Virus record (IMG/VR): IMGVR_UViG_3300046169_000120
Location: 32,001-96,000 of that record
Source: a virus
DNA: 64,000 nucleotides
Reading direction: 5' to 3' (one strand)
Position 1 is the stretch's first letter; every line of letters starts with the position of its first letter. This document shows positions 57,454 to 64,000 of the stretch, piece by piece. The notes beneath the pieces were generated by a model. That model was not told the origin of the DNA. It was given only the letters and a program-made list of their open reading frames with translations, and made no database searches. The position numbers were made by a program, and so were the translations under genes.

Positions 57454-60400
57454 TTAAATGAGTTTCTGTAAAATCTTTAATTCTTCTTTGCCAACATACT
57501 TATCGAAGTATACGCAAAAATCTATTAAATTAGCCCGAATTGAGAATTGTTCGCTATGTTGTATGTAATTAACAACAACATCAAATCTTCCATCTCGCCA
57601 AAATTCAATCAAGTCTGCAAAATCAAAATCAGTCTTTTCTTCGTTCTTGAGCATCACGAACCTTTTTGCGAACCATTACATTAGGATTGTTGATATGCGG
57701 AACAAGAGGTTCATTTCCTGTGTGCGACATTTTTTTACCAAATTTTGAATCTTTTTTTCTTTCTCTGCTTTGTTTTCCCATTTTAATTTAATTGTTTTTT
57801 TTGTTTAATTGGTTGTCTTTATCTTTATACTCTTGTAGTTTATAGAATCTTTTAAATTTATTTATAAATTCATTATCAGTAAGTGAATCAAAATCTTTTT
57901 GTAATTGCCATTTAGCAAATCGTTTGAGTTCTTTTTCTTCCCAACTCTCAATCATCTCTCTTGCGAGTTTCTCTTTATTGGTAAATGTACAATAATTTTT
58001 GCTCAATTAGTATTCTCCGATAAGTTCTTTCAAGCTGAATGTATTGCTTCCCATGTGAAACACAACATTGCTAACAGATGGTTTACTCAACAACTTCAAC
58101 TTTTCAGAATTTAAAAATTCATTAAATTGCTCTTCATTGTCAAAGTCAATCTTTTGATCGAGATTGCCAAATTTATAAGTTATACAAAAATTTTCTTTCA
58201 TTTAAGTAGATGTAGAGTTAATGCAAAGATGCCCGAAATTGAACCTATCGTCATAACGACTCCTATCATATCAATCATTTCCATCGTTAAGAAATAATAA
58301 ATAACCAAATGCCAATACTACCAACACAACACCAATTGCCATGTTTACTCCATTTAATATGCTATAAAATTCCATACGATTACGCTACTGCGAGGATTTG
58401 AGGGTTTGCTACTTTTTCGATAAGAAATCTACGAATTGATTCGCTGATATCTAATATCTCATTAAATTCTGTATAACTAAGTGGGTTTGCATCACCTTGT
58501 CCACCATAACAAATTCGGTATCCTTCTTCAAGAGGAGTAATGTTTGCTTTGGCTTGCTTGGTATAATTGCCATTGATGTCTCGATTCCATTCCCAAGCAG
58601 AATGATACGAGTTGATGTAAACAAGAACATCCAATCTGCCCAAATTGTGTCCAACACTATTTTTGCGTTCTCTCATGTCCACAAAATCAACGCAAGCACT
58701 TGGATAACCACTCTTCATGTCTTTGAGCCAAACATGAACTGCATGATGATTCATTTGACTATAATAGTTGTATGTGCCACTTCCATATCGGTTGGTACTC
58801 ATCAACTTTCCACCCGAAATCTTGCCCATCTGCTCGTTTCTATCACTTTTGCTTTTGTAACTCAACAAATTTTCGCTTGGAATTAACTTCTTGAGTGTGT
58901 TGTTACTTTTAAAATAAATTGTTTGTGGATTCCATAGATTCCATCTTACTTGTGCATTGTTAAAATAATTATTCATGTTTTTTATTCAATTAGTGTTTTA
59001 GTTTATAGTTTATACTATATATCAAATGTTTTAATCTGTCAAGTTTTTATCTTCCATTCTTGTGATATTGTATTCTTCTTCTGTTGTGAATGGATATTTG
59101 TTTAGAAATTCTGCTTTGCTCAATTCGTGAAAATCGCTCATGCGTTCACTATCTTCTGTAAAACTTTGAATCTCGTAAGAGTATTCCATGTGTCTATCCC
59201 AAACTTTTACATCGTCTGCAACCCAATCAAAAAAATCATGTAATAAGGTGACTGCTTCCAATACTTGATTGTTTCCATCTCCTAACGCACTTGTCTCTGC
59301 TTCGTTCAATACGAATTCTATTGCTTTTCTTAATTCCATTTAATCTTCTCTTGTTCCAACAACTAATAATTTAACATCTTCTCCTTCACCTGTCAATTCA
59401 AAATGTTCGCAAATCTCACCAAAAATAACCCCATCTTCGGGAGCGATACTTACCCATTGGCAATTTTGTTCCTTGCCATCAACTTCGGTATCAATAACAT
59501 CCCATCCATAATTGTCGAGTTTTGCTCGTTGTGCTTTAGTTAGTTTCATAGATTTTTTTGTTTAATTATGCTTCACTCCATACTTCATCGAATCCAACCA
59601 ATGCTTCGGTATCTCCACCGATATAGTCTCCATCGAATCCATTTTTGTTTTCAATTATCATTGCTCTTCTTGTGGTTTGTATCTGCTTGACTTTTCCGCA
59701 TTGTTCAATGTCGCTCTTGAATCCTACCCAATCGCCAACATTAACTTCAAAGGTTTCTTCCCATTTGTTTTTAATTTTCATAAATCTGAGTATGAACTAA
59801 ATGATTGTGCTTGTCAAGAGTTTTTTATGTACTCGCCAAATTCTTCATCGTTCATGTGACTCGTTCCATCAAGCGGATTGCATGAAACGATTTCTGCTCC
59901 TATCTTCCAATCGTGAGAAAGTTCTTCATCTTTATCCATTTGAGCATAAGCAATTTGTTGAGCTTTTTCTACTGAATCTGCTTCTACTTGCCAAATATGA
60001 TAGGTTGTGCTTTCCATTTCAATTCTATAAACTTTTTTATTCATTTATCTTTCCCAAAAATAGACTCCCATTCTTCACGAATATCGAGGTCAGATGCTTC
60101 ATCCAATCCCGAACATCCCTCGATAAGTAAATCTATAATTTGACTTGTACTCATGTTCATCGCTTCTTGTTCGGCAAGATCATAACGCATATCATCAATC
60201 GTTGGTTCTTCTTCTCTGCTCTGAAATTCAGTTGTTCTCATCTGTAAATGTGTCTAATTTTTCGTATAATTTGTTGATTTGTTTTTCCAATTTGCAGATG
60301 TACATTACATCATCGGGTTCTCGCATATACATATAATCAAGTTCCGCTTCCAAGTCCTTGATCGACTTCCATGTATCTCGATATTCTTCTTCGTTTTCTT

Positions 60401-61145
60401 GTACTTTCATAAGAATCTTATAATTCATCAAACTACAAAATCTTCGTAGATAAACAATGGCTTATTGTTGTCTTGCATCCCTCGAAATGTACCAAGAGTA
60501 TTGTACTCGAAATGTTCAAGGGCATCAGTCTCGTCAATCTCCCAATCTTCCATCAATGCACGAATAATCTTCTCGACTGAATACACAACTCGATCATCTG
60601 TATCGCTACCAATGATTGCACGATTAAAAGTAGAGCGAGGTTCAAGAACGATTGCTTCTTCATTGTTTTCTGCAATTCGCTCGATCACTTCGTCACCAAA
60701 TGATTGTTGATTTTCGTTTGTCATGTTGTTATCTTATGAAATTACAGAAGTTGTGTCAACACTTAAATTCATACATTCTGATAATGTTGCATCTTCTTCC
60801 ACTTCTTTGATTGAGATGTTGATTCGATCATCATGTTCAGTATCTTCTGTTGGAAGAAAGTTAAATGAACTAATTTCTCCATTTAATAAGCTGATAATCT
60901 CTTCATGCGTTAAACCTAATTGTATGTGATAATTTTTCATATTATGCGAAATATACTCGCTCAAATGGTCTGTCCGAAACAGGCAGATGTTGGTTCACGA
61001 TCTTCTGAAGCAATGCAACTTGCTTGTTCAAATCTTTCCAATCTGATTCTCTGTATTCATCTCGCACATGATCAATCAACATATAATGCTCCATGCAATC
61101 TAACACATTTTGTAGTGCAATTAACTGATTTTCTTTTAACTTCAT
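57454..61145 (-). other. Run of small hypothetical early ORFs (about 60-200 aa, many acidic)
   Basis: Tightly packed minus-strand ORFs, e.g. 58380-58976, 59031-59339, 59566-59781, 60428-60724; no function recognised. Confidence 0.65.
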
Positions 61146-61149
61146 AAAT

Positions 61150-61911
61150 TTATCTTTCTAAGCAGTAACTCCAATAACGAGAATTTCTTCTGTTTTGAAC
61201 CTTGTTCCAATACATTTCTCTTGCCACATTAGGAGCAACTCCATGCTTGTCGCATCGTACAAGCCATTCGTCTTCCATGCGTTGATAAGCTTTGAGAGTG
61301 TTTGCGTGACCTTTCTTTACATCGTGACCCATGAAACGCAAAAGGTGAACATCAAGACAACAAAGTTGTGCTTCGGTAGGATAACTCAACGCAAGTGCGT
61401 AAGTTGTCTTTGCATTACCTAACCCATAAATTGTTCCAATTAGACGATTGCGACATTCTTGCCATGTCTCGTCATCTTGCTTTTTGAACTGATCGGGATT
61501 CTCACGAAACTTGGTTGCCAAGTCCCACAATCCACGCTCTCTACGCTCATACAAGCCCACTCTAGCCTTGACGATCATTTGCTTGAGCTTGTCTTTGGAT
61601 ATAGTCCAAGAAAGATCACTCATGGCAACCTCGTAGCCTCGCACATTACTTTCCCAAGTGGTATGCACACTCATAATGGCGAATACCCAACGAGCAAACA
61701 TTTCGGAATCATCTTGAGGAATCAAGTTTGTCCAATACTCTTGCTCTGCATGAACTGCACCGAGTTTAAGGTTGTTAAAGAAACGATCCACATTCTTGAG
61801 AGGATCAACTTCGGGTTTAGTCTCTACTTGCTCGATACGCTCGTTGATTGGAGCGATAGAGTTGGTAAGAAGTAAGATAGAATTATTCAATGTGTTTTCT
61901 GCAATGTTCAT
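61150..61911 (-). CDS. Second HhH DNA glycosylase (Ogg-like)
   Basis: FAIMSVHTTWESN, IYGLGNAKT hairpin with Lys, CLDVHLLRF; promoter at 61919-61946. Confidence 0.72.
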   Translation of the reverse strand: MNIAENTLNNSILLLTNSIAPINERIEQVETKPEVDPLKNVDRFFNNLKLGAVHAEQEYWTNLIPQDDSEMFARWVFAIMSVHTTWESNVRGYEVAMSDLSWTISKDKLKQMIVKARVGLYERRERGLWDLATKFRENPDQFKKQDDETWQECRNRLIGTIYGLGNAKTTYALALSYPTEAQLCCLDVHLLRFMGHDVKKGHANTLKAYQRMEDEWLVRCDKHGVAPNVAREMYWNKVQNRRNSRYWSYCLER

Positions 61912-61976
61912 AATAAGTAGTATGACAGATTAAGTGTTTATGTCAACGATTTTTTTTAAGAAAATTAATTTTGTTA

Positions 61977-62001
61977 TAAATGTTTGATTATCAATGTTTT
62001 G
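61977..62001. promoter_or_regulatory. Solo 25-bp dyad IHF-consensus palindrome
   Basis: TAAATGTTTG-ATTAT-CAATGTTTTG, 30 bp upstream of the -35 at 61946. Confidence 0.6.
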
Positions 62002-62011
62002 TGCTATCATT

Positions 62012-62419
62012 TTAAATTTGTGCGAAATCAAATACAACAGGCTTGCCTCTTAACATTCCACAATTTTGTTTGTAAATATCAAGATCAACACAACGCTCAT
62101 CTCCTAGAATCGAATGAATTTTTTTATGCGATTGGTCAGAGAGTTTGGTATTTGCTCGCTCTTGTATGACTATTTGATTGTCGATATAATATGGTTTAAT
62201 GTAAAAATTTTGCAAATCACTTGGCAACTCCGCAAATTCATCGTTGAGGGAATCGGCAATTTTAATTACATAACCTAATTTATTTTTAGAGTAAACTGAT
62301 TTGTAACTACCTTCACCGATTTTTAAAAACCCCCGAACGATAATTTGCTGAACGAATTTTTCGATGTGTTTATCGAGTTCCAAGTAAAGACTTAACATCT
62401 TCGACTTGGTTGCGTTCAT
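62012..62419 (-). CDS. Minimal protein-kinase-like protein
   Basis: IGEGSYKSVY, VIKIA..N.E, IQER, DIYKQN.G, PVVFDF. Confidence 0.7.
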   Translation of the reverse strand: MNATKSKMLSLYLELDKHIEKFVQQIIVRGFLKIGEGSYKSVYSKNKLGYVIKIADSLNDEFAELPSDLQNFYIKPYYIDNQIVIQERANTKLSDQSHKKIHSILGDERCVDLDIYKQNCGMLRGKPVVFDFAQI

Positions 62420-62421
62420 TG

Positions 62422-62673
62422 CTATGAGATTGCAATAAGAGTATCGTGGATCATATGACGAGTTTTATAATCGAGAATTCGACCCTCTTCGTCTTGTGGT
62501 AGATCAAGTAACATCTCTTGCATATCTTGACTAAGAACCTCACAAATGCAAGCAATTTTGCGATAGATTCCGATTTCTTTGTACTTTAGAATTGCCCATA
62601 TCGAATCAACTTGTGCATCATTAGCTTGAGCGATAAGATTGAGCAACTTTATATCTTGTGTTTGTATTTCCAT
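62422..62673 (-). CDS. Hypothetical protein
   Basis: ATG 62673 avoids overlap with rIIB. Confidence 0.55.
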   Translation of the reverse strand: MEIQTQDIKLLNLIAQANDAQVDSIWAILKYKEIGIYRKIACICEVLSQDMQEMLLDLPQDEEGRILDYKTRHMIHDTLIAIS

Positions 62674-62686
62674 AATTTTATTAAAT

Positions 62687-63778
62687 TTATTGTGCAACTC
62701 GATATTGTGATCGTGGAGTATCATCATCTCCAACAAAATCATAACCAAGATTTTCTACTATATCATAAATCTCACCACAACTCAAGTCATATCCTTTCAT
62801 GCGACTTTGAATTTGCTTGAGAGTTGGTTCTTCACCATTCTCATGCTTGTTCTCAATATAATTGCGAATTGCAATCGTTTCCATGTCAGAATCTTCTTCT
62901 TCATGGCAATCGCAAGATTCGCAATCACCATAACATTCTTCACTCTCACACTCGCCATCATACTCATCTTCGGTAGTTGACCCATAAATAGGCTTGTTTG
63001 CCTCGTAAACAGGTTTGAAGAGTTCGGTACGAGTATCAGTAATATCTGCCACTACCTCGTACTTGCTCACACGCAACTTTTGAAAATCACAATCAGTTGG
63101 AACACTAACTGCATCAGAAGGATCAAACTTGACAACAAGCAATCTGCCATCGGTACTCGCCCAATCATTTGCATAGTCGTAACTACCAACATGAAGACCG
63201 AAAGAACAATGATTATTTTTGTTGTCATCAACGCATCTGCGAGCAACCTCGATAGTTGCACCAACTTCATTCAAAATTTGATGTCGTTCGTTCGTTTCGC
63301 CTTGCACAACAATCGTATCTGCATTGCCTGTTTGTGACCAATAATCACCTTGAACACCCTTGTAACCAAGTACCATGCCGTCTTCATCATTCGGCAATGC
63401 TCGATAACTCAAAAAGGTGTACAATTCGTTCACACTATTAGCACTTGGATTGGCTTGCAATCGAGTGATAAAATTCACAAGCGGAGCAGAGTCCTTCATG
63501 CCACTACGAAGCATCTCAATGAGCTTGTCAACTACAACTCCATGTAGTCTATGACCTTTGTAATAAACAACTTCATCCTTAACTTCAATGTCTCCTTGGA
63601 TAAAATTTTCAACTGATTTTTTGATGTCAATTAAATCTCCAAGATCATCATATCTTGCATCAAGAATAGCTTTCTTGGCAAGAGTATAGTTTACATGATC
63701 TTTTCTTATTGAGTAAGGCTTACCTTCCCAAAAGATGGTGATTGAATTTTCGCTTAATATGTATGGTACTTTATTCAT
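62687..63778 (-). CDS. rIIB: rIIB-like protein
   Basis: L..NPS...V.ELY.FL, DG..LGYK.V, R..VDDN....CS.GLHVGS..YA, P.D.VSVP.D....KLRV..YEVV. Confidence 0.9.
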   Translation of the reverse strand: MNKVPYILSENSITIFWEGKPYSIRKDHVNYTLAKKAILDARYDDLGDLIDIKKSVENFIQGDIEVKDEVVYYKGHRLHGVVVDKLIEMLRSGMKDSAPLVNFITRLQANPSANSVNELYTFLSYRALPNDEDGMVLGYKGVQGDYWSQTGNADTIVVQGETNERHQILNEVGATIEVARRCVDDNKNNHCSFGLHVGSYDYANDWASTDGRLLVVKFDPSDAVSVPTDCDFQKLRVSKYEVVADITDTRTELFKPVYEANKPIYGSTTEDEYDGECESEECYGDCESCDCHEEEDSDMETIAIRNYIENKHENGEEPTLKQIQSRMKGYDLSCGEIYDIVENLGYDFVGDDDTPRSQYRVAQ

Positions 63779-63814
63779 TCTATATAATATACTTGATTTT
63801 GTTTTGTTTGTCAA

Positions 63815-64000
63815 TTACTTTTTGTCACAAAGATTGATATAATTGATAATGTCATCGAAAATTTGTTTGTCTACATTGCTATATCTTACACTATCTGCAA
63901 CATGAGCGAGCATTGGATATGATGATTTAATTGCATCAATATCTTGCTTGAATTGCTTGGCAGAGAATCCATTGTCGAGATTAAATTCCAACCATTCACT
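63815..64000 (-). CDS. C-terminal fragment of a probable rIIA-like protein (runs off the window)
   Basis: Open frame ending YPML...IINYINLCD directly upstream of rIIB. Confidence 0.5.
   Translation of the reverse strand, partial: SEWLEFNLDNGFSAKQFKQDIDAIKSSYPMLAHVADSVRYSNVDKQIFDDIINYINLCDKK

Noticed and set aside
61-63547. Numerous 60-140-aa antisense or nested ORFs in the track
   Set aside because: They overlap well-supported genes and lack motifs; the pair 3305/5476 is similar only because of the DNA duplication.
1-64000. Stop-codon reassignment
   Set aside because: Conserved genes are full length in the standard code; TAA, TGA and TAG all end plausible genes; no suppressor tRNA.

Overview
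The window is 64 kb of a large, AT-rich tailed-phage genome read in the standard genetic code. The host is probably a Gram-negative aquatic bacterium; several cargo genes hint at PVC/Verrucomicrobia (inference). 1-6 kb and 32-39 kb hold modular receptor-binding/fibre genes: LamG domains, each paired with a ~75-aa partner, sharing near-identical DNA blocks. 6-20 kb holds an HNH nuclease, an outer-membrane beta-barrel, Hsp20, a ribonucleotide reductase whose beta subunit lacks the radical tyrosine, a membrane-anchored subtilisin, a DNA polymerase III alpha split into PHP and catalytic genes around a SET and an exonuclease gene, and ClpC. 20-31 kb holds head genes, terminase, a sigma factor and a probable lysis cluster. 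Near 39.7-40.0 kb an exact 126-bp tandem duplication and a G/C-run segment mark an abrupt switch (probable genome end) to an early region (40-64 kb). That region has tiny, mostly leaderless genes with their own sigma70 promoters, three tRNAs, two HhH glycosylases, a ligase and rIIA/rIIB. The most striking unexplained structure is nine 77-bp elements (41.1-51.6 kb) with invariant 25+27+25 geometry: two dyad IHF-consensus palindromes around a CCTAGG-type core. They separate small-gene cassettes and sit roughly in helical phase with the next promoter. Also notable are an ORF-free, independently transcribed ~180-nt structured RNA candidate (52.8-53.0 kb) and a GTGTA-N9-12-start motif that looks like a phage late promoter. 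All calls were made by eye from motifs; no searches were run.
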